64,000 bases of DNA from Sminthopsis crassicaudata (GCF_048593235.1 NC_133620.1:451203261-451267260), one strand, 5' to 3'. Numbered from the stretch's first letter, positions 47,665-60,594 are shown. The notes: generated by a model from the letters alone, not told the origin. Translations and numbers: made by a program.

Positions 47665-49263
47665 CCCCTGCCCCAAAGGTATGGGACTCTCTTATTTATG
47701 GAGATTAATGCCTGTCCTGTGTAAGGGATAAGACTGAGTTGCTGAGAGAATGTCAGTTACCAATCAGTCTCCTTTGAGTCTCTTTGGGGGCTTTTCAGGA
47801 TCAAGTCCCCATTTAGGGACTCATCAAGCATTAGACTCTTCAAGTGTCCAATTTTGGAGACTTCTGCTCCCAACTTCAAGAGAAAAGATAGAGGAAATCA
47901 ATCCCACTTCAGGATGCTGGGAAAAAATGCTTGGGATATTAGGAGAGCTGGTGGTCTCCATCATGTCCTTATTCCCAACTTGTTGCTCTAGAGATTTTAG
48001 GAAGTTTCCCTTTGGATGAGAACCAGGACCATTACTCAGTTGAACTGATTTATCTTATTCCCAATATGAGAGCCCTTTCATTCTGTATAGTCTAGTATGA
48101 ATGTTTATGGGTGTGTATGTGTATATATATGTTTATAGTTTATATATACTGATTCTCTGATTAGTTTTGTTAAAATTTTCATAAATGGGTTTGTTTGCTA
48201 TGTCTATTCATTGAGGAACTGCTAGTTGGTGGGAAAGGCATCAAGCCTGGGATATAGACTTTGGGATCCTTCTTCCCCATACCTTGCCAGAAACCAATTC
48301 AAACCCTATCATATCCCCTACATTAATAATATTTAAGGGCACAAATAAATATACGTTAGCTCATAAGGAGATCAGAGAGCAGCCTCTGGTTCCGACTTCT
48401 TGCTCCCCTCCTGGCAGGAATGAAAGTCTCCCTTGGAGAAGGATGGAGGGAAAAGAGGCTGTAGATGTCTCCGCTGCCTCCTTTGGAGATACATGACAGG
48501 TTTTGCCATCTGTGAGTCCCTATCTACACATAGGGCTCAGCTCTCTCCCTACAGATAAGTAGATATAGATAAATCTCTGTGTACATATATATATCTAGAT
48601 GCAATTACATACATATATACAAGTACAGTATGATTTGTATAGCATTTGTATAAGTGCTTTACATATGTTATCACATTTGATGATCTCAAAGATTCAGTAA
48701 GTAGATGCTATTGTTATCACCATTTTACAGATAAGAACATTGAGACTAGAAGTTTGTTAAGTGACTTGTTTAAGGCCATACACAAAAGCTGAAGTCTGAG
48801 GCAGATTTGGACACGCAGCCCCTGACTCTAAATCCAATGTCCCATCCACCAGCAGTTATGTGGTTCAGGGGTTAGAGCACCAGCCTTGGAGCCAAGAAGT
48901 TTTGAGTTCAGATTTTGCTTCAGACAGACACTTGTGAGTTGGGTGACTCTAGATGAATCATTTAACCCTGCGGTGTCTCATATTTCTCATCTGCAATATG
49001 GGCTGGGGGGAGGGGTTGGACTCAGTGGCCCCAAGGTTCCCTTTGAGCTCCAAATCTATGATGGATAATAATTTAGAAAAGCATTACATAGGCCAAAAGG
49101 ATTTTATTAAAAGCACACACCATAATAGGGATAATTTTCCCTTTGAGCTTTGTACGCCTAGCATACAAAGGTCCCTGAGCATGGCAGACCTTTCATAAAT
49201 CCTTGTTGGATTGGATCTGGTCTGAGAGGATCCCCAGGGGTGCTTGGGCTGTGACAGTTGAGT

Positions 49264-52200
49264 TCATTTCTCAAAACTTTTCAGAACTGGGCAGCCCAGC
49301 CAGTACCGGGCAATGGAGCGTGGGTAGGAAGGAACCACGGTGTCCACCATCTTGGTTCGGAGGTTAACCCGGTAATACTTGTCTGAAAGAGAGAATGGGG
49401 GATTTGGGTAAGAAGGATCCAGCTCAGACCCTCTGGCAGGAGCTGCAGCCTCTCCTGCCCCTCTCCCTCCAAACCTCCCTCAGGGAAGAACAATAGAATC
49501 ACCATTCCTTGAAATATTGCCAGGAATTAGGGGAAGAAGAGAAAGAAAAGAGGGGAGGGAGAGGGAGGAAAAGAAAGGAGGGGGAGGGGGAGAGAAAGAG
49601 AGGGAGGGAAAGAAAGAGGAGGTAAATGGAGAGAGGGGGAAAAGGCAGGAAAGAGGAGTTCAGCTCACCCCCCACGTAGAAATAGATGCTCTGGATGGGC
49701 TCACACTGGGATGGTTGGAACCAATCAAAGTTGAGACTCAGGTCATAGTATGACCCATATTCTTCGGAGGACAGCAAGCTCCATATATCCCGGGAGTGGC
49801 GGGAGTGGTGGGAGTGGCGGGAGTGGCGGGACCGGTAGCGCTTGCGGTTCCGGTTCCGGCGGCCCTTAGCCTTGGCCTTGGTCTTGCGCTTCTGAGCCCA
49901 ATCAGAGTGGGTATGAGATGGCGAGGAGAAGTAGATGCGGCCGGCCATGGCAGCATCTACCCTATCGGGCAGCCCGATCCAGTGATCCTGGATGAGCCAA
50001 GGGCCCCTTGTCCCCTCTGGAGGGCAGAACAAAGAATGGGTGGTTGGGAAGGGAGCGCACAGGACTCGACACCGACCCCCACCGCACCCCTGATGCTCTT
50101 GTTCTCGTCTCCCATCATCAAACAGCAGATGCCCAAGCCGGATGGAACCGAGCTCAGAACCAACCTTCTTCCTTTACAAAGAAAGCAACTGAGGTTCAGA
50201 AAAGGGTGGTGGCTTCCCCAGGGCCACACAGCTGGTCACTGGACCATAGGATCACAGCGTTAGAACTAGAAAAGGCCTTACAATTCAACCCCTTCATTTA
50301 CAAACTGGGTCCCCATCTCAGATATTTTCCCCAGTGTCATAAGTCATCAGTGGCAGAGCTGAGATTTGAAACTAGTTCTTCTAGTTCAAAATCGAATACT
50401 TTTTTCTACCATGCCATGAGTTAGGCATAGAACCAGCCCCCTGATCCTCCATCCCTTGTCCACACCAGAAACTCCGCTGCTTTTTGCCCTATTCTCCAGA
50501 AGACCATCTCTGGGGAAGTCCTTCTCTTGTCCTCCAACCTTGGAGTTGGAGGAAGGGAATCTCCCCTGAGAATCCTCTGATCCTTCCCCCCTCCACCATT
50601 TCCTGGCAGAGCACTGGCCCTCCTGGGCCACACCAGACAAAGTCCAAAGTGTGGGGGTCTGAGCTCCGCCAAGCTGGGGCTTAGGTCAATAAATGCAAAG
50701 TCTAGGGTTAAGCAAATAGAAATTGTGAGGTCATAAACTTTGTGGGCTTCCCCTGAGGCCTCCTTTTCCTCCCAAATCTTCTTGTACCCCAACAGGATGC
50801 CAACGACAGCCCACGCCACATGGGAGCAGAGAGAGGAAGTGAGGAGGTGAACGTGGCCAGAGCTGAAGGCTCAGGTAAAGAAGGGGGAGGCCACGCCAGA
50901 GATCCTGCTGCTCCTCCACTGGAAAGTAAGCCCCTTGAGGTCAGTATGGACTTTGATTGCTCTCTATTTCCCCAGTACTTAGGACATGAAAATGCTTAAA
51001 AAATGTTTTTTTTCCTATCCATTCTAGAAGCAGAAAAGGCTTAGGATACCTGATTCATCATCCCCGAAGAGGAGTTCAAAGATACTGCTCCAGCTATCTC
51101 TCTGAAGGACCGCAAAGTGTTCGAACACTGTGGACATTGTGCTCCCCTCACACTCCTCCTGGCTGGGCTGCTGTTGGAACTCGTACTCCCAGTACTGGTT
51201 TCCTAAGGGATGAAGAAGAGAAAGCATATGGCGGAAATGTCTACAGGGCCATGCATCCTTGACCAAAGCCCTCCCCTTCCCTAGGCAATGGGTCCCTCAT
51301 CTATATAGTGAAAGCATTGAAATCTCTAAGGTCTCTCATAGTTCTACACTTATAATCCTATAAAGAGCAGGAGTAAGGGTTAGAAATAGTCACCTATCAA
51401 TAATCATTCTAGGGGGTTAGAGTTAGTGGGAGGATCAAATGCTATAGTACTTGTAGAGTAGCTAGCACACCCTGGCACATTTATTTAGTCTTCATGACCT
51501 TATGATCCATAGCATGCCAGTGCTGCCATAGGGTTTCTGGGATACTGGAGTGGTTTGCCATTTCTTTCTCCAGTAGATTAAAACAAACAGAGATTGACTG
51601 CTAATATCTGAGGCTGGATTTGGACCCAGGTCTTCCTGATCCCAGGTCTTAACTGCCTGGCACATAGCAGAGACTTAAGTAATTTGTGTTTCTTTCCCTC
51701 AACCTGACAGGGGATTGAGGTTGGAGCACATAGACTTCAGTGAATTCAAATCTTTCTGTCTTGAGATGGAATAGGAAGGACACTGGTCTGGGATTCTAGA
51801 GCCATGTTCTAAGACACTTCAGTTAGCACAGTCTTTTTTCCTCTGGAAAATGAGGGGTTTGCTACACGTGCAAAAATGTTTGTAGCAGCTCTTTTTGTGG
51901 TGGCAAAGAATTGGAAAGTGAATAGATGCCCATCAATTGGGGAATGGCTGAATAAGTTATGGCATATGAAAGTAATGGAATATTGTTGTTCTATAAAAAT
52001 AATGAACAAGCTAATTTTAGAAAGACTGGAAAGAGTTGCACCAACTGATCTGAGTGAAACAAGCAGAACCAGAAATACATTGTACACAGGAACAGCAAGA
52101 GTGTGCGATGGTCAACTATGAAAGACTTGGTTCTTCTCAGCGGTTCAGTGATTCAAGGCAATCCCAATAAACTTTGGATAGAAAACGCCATCTGCATCCA

Positions 52201-55200
52201 GAGAGAGAGCTATGGAGACTGAACGTAAATCAACACATGCTATGTTCACTTTTCTTTTTCTCATTTTTTTTCTCTCATGATTTTTCCCTTCCAATTTTTC
52301 TCTCTCAATATGATCCACAAAGAAATGGGGTTTTTTTGTTTGTTTTTTTGTGTGTGTTTTTTTTAAATGGACGTACTATGTTGTATTTAAGATATTTAAC
52401 ATGTATGGGTCTACCTTCCATCTAGGGGAGGGGGTGGAGGGAAAGAGGGGAAAAGTTAGAACAGAAGTGTTTGCAAGGGTTAATGTTGAAAAATTACCCA
52501 TGCATATGTACTATCAATAAAACGCTATAATAAAAAATGAATGTACACATATAAAAAGAAAAAATAAAACAATAAAAAAATGAGGGGTTTGGATAAGATG
52601 GTTTTTAGGGTCCCTAGTAATAATTGCTGAGTTTTCTCTAGGGTTTGCAAAACAGTTTCCATGTAGTCTTCCATTTGATCCAATTGAAACTTATAAAGGC
52701 TAAACTGGCATAGGGCCACACAGATTATAAGTCTCATCAGTGATATTCAAACCAAGGTCTTTCTTGTTGCCAAACTGCCTCTCTGCTGTTCTTGCTGCTT
52801 TTGATGAAGGCCACTGAGATATGGGAGGAAACAAATAAAACAGGTGTTAATTTGCAACACTGTCCTAGCAAGTAGAGGCTTTGGCACGAACAATTACCAA
52901 AAACCCCTGGTGTAAGTGACCCTCTAAAGGGAATCAGGGCTAGAAGATGGAACAACTAAACTGCTAGGGCCATGCTGGATAATGGGGGAGCTGATTACAT
53001 GACCTGTATCCTCCTTCTCCTTTTCCTTCCTCCCTCATTACGCCTCCAAACCTTTGAAGAAGTAAGCTCGCTCTTGGCCACTGTAGCTATGGGCGGGAAG
53101 GGCCACAGCAGCATCAAGATTGTTTGGAATATTTCTGAAGCCATCGGAGATGTTCCTTGGGAAACCCGGGTCCAGGATGCCATCCTCAAAGCGCCAATAC
53201 AAGCTACCCTGTGGGAAGGGAGGTTGAGATTATAGATCCTAGCTAGAAAGGATCTCTGAGGTCATCTAGTCCATTTTACAGGTGAGGAAACTGAGGCTCA
53301 GAGATGTGAAGTGACCTACCTAAAATCACACAGTCAGAGTTCAAACCTAATTTCTCCCATTTCAAACCAGATGCTCTTTTCTCTGTATCACATTACCTCC
53401 CTAAGGAAGATGCTTCCTCCCACTCTCACAGGCTGCCTATCTCCTGCCCTTGGAGCTCCAACAGTACCTTCAGCCTGAGAGTTGGTGTCAAAGGACCTAA
53501 ACTAACCCATCTTCTTTTATAAATCATGCTGTATTTCTTATACCTAACATTTCTCCAAAGAAATATTTAGCCCCTCTCCCTCCCCTAGCAATTCTTTCCC
53601 CTGGGGTTTTCTCTCACCAGACCACCCTATTTTCACTCCCACCTTGAAGAGGTAAGTTTTCCCCTGGCAGTTGATCCTGGTAAAGGCAGCATCAATGGGC
53701 CCCTCAATGCCCCAGACATCCTGGATCAGCTTGGGATACCCAGGAAGTACACTTTTTTCATCCAGCTCATAGAAATACTTCCCTGGAATTCCCAAGGTAG
53801 AGAAAGGAACCTGAGTAAATTATTTTTCCAAGCCTAGTACCTTCCTCTCTTCCCTCTACCCCACCCTTATCCCCTGTAGCTCCTCTGGCTCAATACCCCA
53901 TTGGCTTTCTGACCCCTTGGATACCTCGAAAAGCAAAAAGGGAGCCATTTTTGAGGTCAGTGAAGGCATCAAAAGGTTTCCCATTGCACACTTCTTCCTG
54001 TTGGTCCCCTTCCTCTTCTTCAGGTTTTGTAAAGTGGGTTCCAGTGGTGGTTTCTGGATCTATGAACCCTGGGGTGGTTTCCTGTCCTGTGTTGGAAACA
54101 GACTCTGTCCTAGGGAACTGGGTGCTACTTTCAGTAGGGCTGGGGGAGGTGATGATGTCAGTGACAGGATCCATGGTGCTGAAGATCTTGATCTCATAAT
54201 CAATGTCTGAGTACTCATCCTCAGGCAGGGCAAACACATCTCCACGGGTCACTGGGGAAAGAAAAAGCCCTGAGCCTCCAACACTATCATTGGCAAAAGG
54301 TAAATCATATAAGAGATACATACATGGGGAGCTGAGGGGGAGGAAGAGGATCACCATCATCCCTAAATCACATTGATCCTAGCTAGAAGGAAATATTGAC
54401 CCTTCTCTCCCCATTAGAATATAAACTCATCAAGAATACCGGCTGTTACAAGATTAAAAGGGAAGCAATAAACTGGGGAAACATTTTTAAGTCAAAGGTT
54501 CTGATAAAGGCTTCATTTACAAAATACATAAAGAATTGACTCTAATATATAAAAAATCAAGCTATTCTCCAATTGATAAATGGTCAAAGAATATGAACAA
54601 ATAATTTTCAGATGAAAAAATTGAAACTGGGGCAGCTAGGGGGCGCAGTGGATAGAGACCCAGCCTTGAATTCAGGAGGACCCAAGTTCAAATCTAGTCT
54701 CNNNNNNNNNNNNNNNNNNNNNNNNNNNNNNNNNNNNNNNNNNNNNNNNNNNNNNNNNNNNNNNNNNNNNNNNNNNNNNNNNNNNNNNNNNNNNNNNNNN
54801 NNNNNNNNNNNNNNNNNNNNNNNNNNNNNNNNNAATGTAAATTAAGACAACTCTGAGATACATTACACACCTATCAGATTGGCTAAGATGACAGGAAAAG
54901 ATAATGGTGAATGTTGAAGGGGATGTGGGAGAACTGGGACACTGATGCATTGTTGGTGGAGTTGTGAACAGATCCAGCCATTCTGGAGAATGATTTGGAA
55001 CTATGCTCAAAAAGTTAGAAAAACTGTGCATACCCTTTGACCCAGCCATACTACTACTGGGCTTATACCCCAAAGAGATCTTAAAGAAAAGAAAGGGACC
55101 CACATGTGCCAAAATGTTTGTGGTGGCCAGAAACTGGAAACTGAGTGGATGCCCATCAATTGGAGAATGGCTGAATAAATTGTGGTACATGAATGTTATG

Positions 55201-56740
55201 GAATATTATTGTTCTGTAAGAAATGACCAGCAGGAGGATTTCAGAAAGGCCTGAAGAGACTTACAGGAACTAAGTGAAATGAGCAGAACCAGGAGATCAT
55301 TATACACTTCAACAACAATACTGCATGATGATCAATTCTGATGGAAATGCCTCTCTTCAACAATGAGAGGATCCAAATCAGTTCCAATTGTTAAGTAATG
55401 AAGAGAACAGCTACACCCATCAAAAGAACACTGGGAAATGAGTGTGGACACAACATAGCATTTTCACTCTATCTGTTATTGTTTGCTTGCATTTTTATTT
55501 TCCTTCACTTTTACTTTCTTTATAAATCTGATTTTTCCTGTGCAGCAAGATTACTACATAAATATGTATACATATATTATATTTAACACACACTTTAACA
55601 TATTTAACATGTATGGGACTACCTGCCATCTAGGGGAGGGGGTGGAGGGAAGGAGGGGAAAAGTTGGGATAGAAGGTTTCACAAAGGTCAATGATAAAAA
55701 GTTACCCATGCATATATCTTGTAAATAAAAAGCTATAATAAAAAATATATACTCTTCCCCCCCTCAGGCTAGGGTTAAGTGACTTGCCCAGGGTCACACA
55801 GTTAGGAAGTGTTAAGTGTCTCAGACCAGATCTGAACGCGGGTCCTCCTGAATTCAGGGCTGGTGCTCTATCCACTGTGCCATCTAGCTGCCCCCCAAAA
55901 TACATACTCTTAAAAAGAATTATGAAAAAGAAATAAAAGCCTCATTTGAATCACAAAAAAAAAAGAATACAGGCTGTTTGTATTCCATCATTTGCATAGT
56001 GCCTAGCATAAAACAGATACTTAATAAATGCTTGTTGATTGATTTATTGACTACTGCTACATTGACCATCATTACTCACAATAATGGTAACAATTGACAT
56101 GTTTGTAGCATTGTAGGCTTTACAAGATACATAGCAGCCCTGTGAAGTATTATTGGTGTGATTATCTCATTTTACAGAGATTTAAAGGGACCAAATGACT
56201 TAGCCATGATGACCCAGTTCTAGATGATCCCCTCCCCCCTCCCTCCAACAGGGAGCCCAGACCCCTTCCTAAAGCTATCTCCCAGCAGGCCTGCAAATAT
56301 CTTGTGTCCATGTGTAAAGCGCAGGGAGGCAGGCGCCATACCTTGGGGTTTGCAGACTGCCACGTAATCCATACAACAGCTTTGATAATAGGAGCAGAGT
56401 TCATCACACTGGCACTTCTTTTTGGAATTGAATCCTTCTTGGCAGCGGCCTTGACATGACTCTGCATTGGGTAGGAGGGGAATCATGGAAAAAGAGGAAT
56501 TAAACTTGTCTCGGCTGGTCTTACTGTTAGGCAGGTATCCCCAAGCACCCAAGAGCCTTCTCACCTATGTCTGCCAATGGACAGTGAATTGAATGGATAA
56601 GGGAGCTGGTGTCCAGGGTCCATTCCTTCTTCTTCCCCTGCTTAAGTTTGTACCCATCCCAACCCTCACTGGGACTTGTTACCTTGATCAGCTGAAGCAG
56701 CACAGACAAGGAGGACCACGAGAAGAGAGATGAGGGACAT
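49264..56740 (-). CDS. VTN: Vitronectin (signal peptide, somatomedin-B domain, RGD, hemopexin repeats, heparin-binding region), 473 aa, 8 exons
   Basis: complement(join(49264..49382,49669..50016,51050..51202,53052..53208,53643..53782,53925..54251,56342..56461,56683..56740)) = 1422 nt. Translation MSLISLLVVLLVCAASADQESCQGRCQEGFNSKKKCQCDELCSYYQSCC...PQVTRGDVF...CNGKPFDAFTDLKNGSLFAFRG...YPRSIARYWLGCPVLKSFEK. Minus-strand AATAAA at 49103-49108. Confidence 0.97.
51862..52576 (+). mobile_element. 5'-truncated L1 (ORF2 C-terminus plus 3'UTR) in VTN intron 5
   Basis: KMFVAALFVVAKNWK..CPSIGEWLNKLW motif. Perfect 15-bp TSD AAAATGAGGGGTTTG at 51847-51861 and 52577-52591. Confidence 0.92.
54629..54701 (+). 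mobile_element. CORE-SINE 5' half (cut by the assembly gap) nested in L1
   Basis: GGGGCAGCTAGGGGGCGCAGTGGATAGAG...GAATTCAGGAGGACCCAAGTTCAAATCTAGTCTC followed by Ns. Confidence 0.85.
54702..54833. other. Assembly gap (132 N)
   Basis: Run of n characters. Confidence 1.
55753..55896 (-). mobile_element. CORE-SINE (younger subtype) inserted in an L1 tail
   Basis: TSD AAAATA(T/C)ATACTCTT at ~55742-55756 and 55897-55911. Confidence 0.9.
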
Positions 56741-58188
56741 GTCCCGCCGAGTTGGTACGAAGACACGTCCTGAACTACTGTGGGCTCAAAGTAAGGGACG
56801 AACAGAGAAAGGAAGGGGGAGTGCAGGAAGGAGGAGGTGCCTTCAACTCTGTTTATCCAACCTCTCTCCTCCCAGCCTGCCCAGTGACCACAAGGTCAAA
56901 ACCAGAGAAGTCCTGGTAAAGAAAGAATATCACTATTCTCCCTCTTTAGAAACTCTGCAAGCATTGAGTGGGATGGGATCTTTGATCAACAGTGTTGCAA
57001 AGCAGATAGAGCACAGGACTAGGAGTCAGGGAGACTCAGATTTAAATTTTGTTTCAAACATTGTGTGAAACAAGGCAAGCCTTTTTTTTTTTAGGCTTTT
57101 TTTTTAGGCTGCAAAATAGAGTTAAACATAAGTACCTCCCCCAGAGGATCACTGTGAGGCACAGATATCCTTGTGTATATGAAATCATTTGCAAACTTTA
57201 AAGAACTGCAGAAATTTGAGTTTTAATCACTATTATATTGTCTTAGACCATGGAGAAGTCCCCCATAAAGCATCTAGCCTCTTGCATAATTCTAGTAAGG
57301 GAAGTTCACTACCTTTTTCACTACTGGAGAGCTCTCTCTGACTGTTACCTCTTTCCTGATTTTAAAAAGCAATCTAACTACATACTACAAAGTTTTGCTC
57401 TCTGGGAAGATACAAAAATAATCTTATCTCTTCTACCATTTTTGGTATTTGAAGACAGCTTTCATGACCTTCCCAAGCTTTTTCCTCTCCATTAACATTC
57501 CCCACTTCTTCAATTATTCCTCTTTTTCTCAAAGGACACAATTTTGAGCCCCCCTCACCCATTATGATTAAAATAGGTGCTAAAGAATGAAAACTCCATA
57601 AAGAAGGAGGGAACCTGAAAAAATAAAGGGCACATCTGAATTTTCAACCCTGACCTTTCATCTATCCTCTGTTGGTTACTGGTTAACATACGGTCTGGGG
57701 TCTGAGAGGGCTGGGGGGTAGGGAAGAACAACATTTTCATTCTCTTTATTGAGTGACCTGGAGAGAGGTGGAGATAAGGGAGTGAGAGAGGGTTTTTGAT
57801 CTGTAAAGTTCTGTCCTTCTCTTCCCTGACTGCAGGATCATTTTTTCTGCCCCTCATGGGATCCTAAATGGGATAGAGAGTTGGGAAAGGAACTTTCATG
57901 CCCTGAGGGTTTATGGGTGATATATAGGATGTAGAGGTGAAAGTTTCCTTAGGCATTTTGCAAGAAAATAAAACAAAACAAACCTTGACCCATAGAAAAG
58001 TAATTCACCAAAGGTAACACATTGATTAGGTAGCCCCAAATCTCTGATTCCAAATCCAATCTTTCTACTAAACCTCCCTGAAGGGGGAGGGATGATAAAG
58101 CTAGAAGGAGATGAAAGCTCTCCTATCTTTCTAAAACCCCAGGGGAAAGGCAGATTTAGATTTCACCAAGGGATAAAACTGAGGAAAG

Positions 58189-58298
58189 AACAAAAACAAA
58201 ATCAATAGCATTTGACCTCCGGATCTTGAGCTGCATTTTCATATTATCTCTCCAAGCTCAAGATCCGGAGGTCAAATGCTATTGATTTTGTTTTTGTT
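58189..58298. repeat. Perfect 44-bp inverted repeat with a 22-nt spacer
   Basis: Arm 58189-58232 AACAAAAACAAAATCAATAGCATTTGACCTCCGGATCTTGAGCT. Arm 58255-58298 is its exact reverse complement. Confidence 0.97.
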
Positions 58299-59799
58299 TT
58301 TTTAATTCTGAGGATGCAACCTTTCAGATCAACTAATCCAAATCCCTCATTTCACAGCTGGGAAAACTGAGGCTCAAACAAGAAAAGTTATTTGCCCAAA
58401 TGTTATATACATAGAGCAGACCTGAGTTTTGAATATAGGTCCTCTGATTCCAAATCTGGAATTTCTATACCTACACAAGTCTTAAAAACACAAAAAAGTT
58501 GGGGTTTTTTATACCCTTTGTTCTCATATCAAAGTCACTTCCTAACATTATCCCACTAGTTAGAGAACCCTTCCTTGGGACAGACAAAACAATTAAGCAA
58601 CATTGACGCAGAAAGTACCTCTTTTTGGTATACACAATATCTTGTATCCACAATCCCCTCAACTCTCTACAAAATGGAAATATGTTTAACCTTTGTTGTT
58701 ATTGTTGTTGTTGGTTCTAAACTTGAAAATAATAAATAATCCATCTGGTTACCTGTTAGCACATTTTCATTTGTTATTATAGTGACTGGGTGTTTTATTC
58801 TCCTAGTCTGATTTTTTTGATTTGCTTCAGGTCATGCAAATCTTACCATACTTCTCTGAATTTCTCAGATTCCTTGTTTCTTATAAGGCAGTAATTCTGT
58901 TGCATTCACATGCCACCCTTTCCCAAGCCAATTCACCAACACTTTGTTTCCATTTTACCACCAACCTTCTGTCCGCTACACCACCTAGTGACTGGAAGAT
59001 AAATTGTACATGAAATTACATAATTTCTACAACTTGCTTTTCTTTGAAAATATATAATAAATTCAACCTATAACTTTCAAAACTGTCCTGCTTGTCTGTT
59101 ACTTCCTTCAGTTCTCTTCTGTGCATTTTTTCATGACATTTGACTCAATGATCCTACTACTGGAATTATTCCTTCCTACCCCATCCCTGCAAAGAGGTCA
59201 AAGACAGAAAGAAGGTCCCCAATATACCAATATATTCATAGCATTTTAATGGCTGGGGTAGGGCAGGGAATGGAAAAGTGAATGTGGAAACAAATTGGAG
59301 AGTGGCTTAACAAATTGTAGCATGTGAATATAATAGAATAGTGCATTTGACTTTCCTGATCTCCTCTGTCCTTTGGTTATAAATTCTCCTTCTAACCCTA
59401 GTTCTGAAAAATTCTTTGATTCTCCTCTAATTTTGATATTATGTGCTTTTTTTTTTTTTTACATTGAGGTTGCTTATCCATTTGGAGCTTATAGTTTGGA
59501 GCTATTGTATGTAGTATAAGGGTTGATTTAAACTCATTTTTTTACCCAACTACTTTCCAATTTTCCCAGTAATTCTTGACAAAGTGGAAGTTCTTTCCCT
59601 AGGAGTTTGCATTCTTGGATTTCTTAAACTTAGTTTTACTGTGTTTATTTGTTTCCAAGTATATATATATACTTGGAAACAAATAAACACATCCATATAT
59701 ATAGAGAGAGAGTGTTATGTAGATAAATATACATATATGTATGTATATATATGTATCTGTGTATGAATTATATATATATACTTTTCTTTTGGAGGATAA

Positions 59800-60055
59800 G
59801 TTTTTTTTTTTAATTTTTATAATTATAACATTTTTTTGACAGTAATATGCATAGGTAATTTTTTTTTTTACAACATTATCCCTTGTACTCCCTTCTGTTC
59901 TGAATTTTCCCCTCCTTCCCTCCACCCCCTCCTCTAGATGGCAGGTATTCCCATACATATTAAATATCTTATAGTATATCCTAGGTACAATATATATGTG
60001 CAGAACCGAATTTTGTTGTTGTTGTTGTTGTTGCAAAGGAAGAATTGGATTTGGA
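59800..60055 (-). mobile_element. 5'-truncated L1 3' end
   Basis: Poly-T plus the reverse complement of the L1 terminus. Flanked by TGGAG(G/A)ATAAGTTT direct repeats. Confidence 0.8.
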
Positions 60056-60594
60056 TGGAGAATAAGTTTTAACATAAATCAATACTATATTTAATCTAGG
60101 CTTTTTTTCATCTATTGATCTAATTTGGAACACCCTAGTGAGATACATAAGGAGTTGCCTAAGGGTTCAAGAACACTTGGGAATAAATCCTGTCTCTCAC
60201 AATACTAGCCATCTGGGCAAGTTGCTTAACTTTTCAGAGAAGGTATAGATATTCAATGAAGAAATTCAAAGAGAAAGTTCCTTATCCAAGAGTTCTCTAT
60301 ATCAATGAAATCATGTGTAATCCTTAGCTCTTATCAGTTTAATCAGGTGGTTTTTGTTTTCTGTATAATAAATAAGATATTTATTGAAGGGACCTTAAAA
60401 GTCATCTAGTCTAACCCTTATTTTGAACTTTACCAACTTGGCCACTGATAATATTTTACATACTGCTATAGTCTTTAAACAATATTTTTGTTTAAATTTT
60501 TTTATTAATACTTCATAGTGAGATTAGTCTGTTGTGTTCTTTCTCTTCTATATCTCTTACTTGTTTGGGTAATAGGATTATAATTATCTCATAA

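Larger units (their letters stand above)
54448..55962 (+). mobile_element. 5'-truncated L1 with a 3' extension, containing two SINEs, inserted in an L2 remnant in VTN intron 2
   Basis: L1 ORF2 end (CIPFDPAILLLGLYPKE...CPSIGEWLNKLWY). TSD AAGAATAC(C/A)GGCTGTT at 54432-54447 and 55963-55978. Confidence 0.9.
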
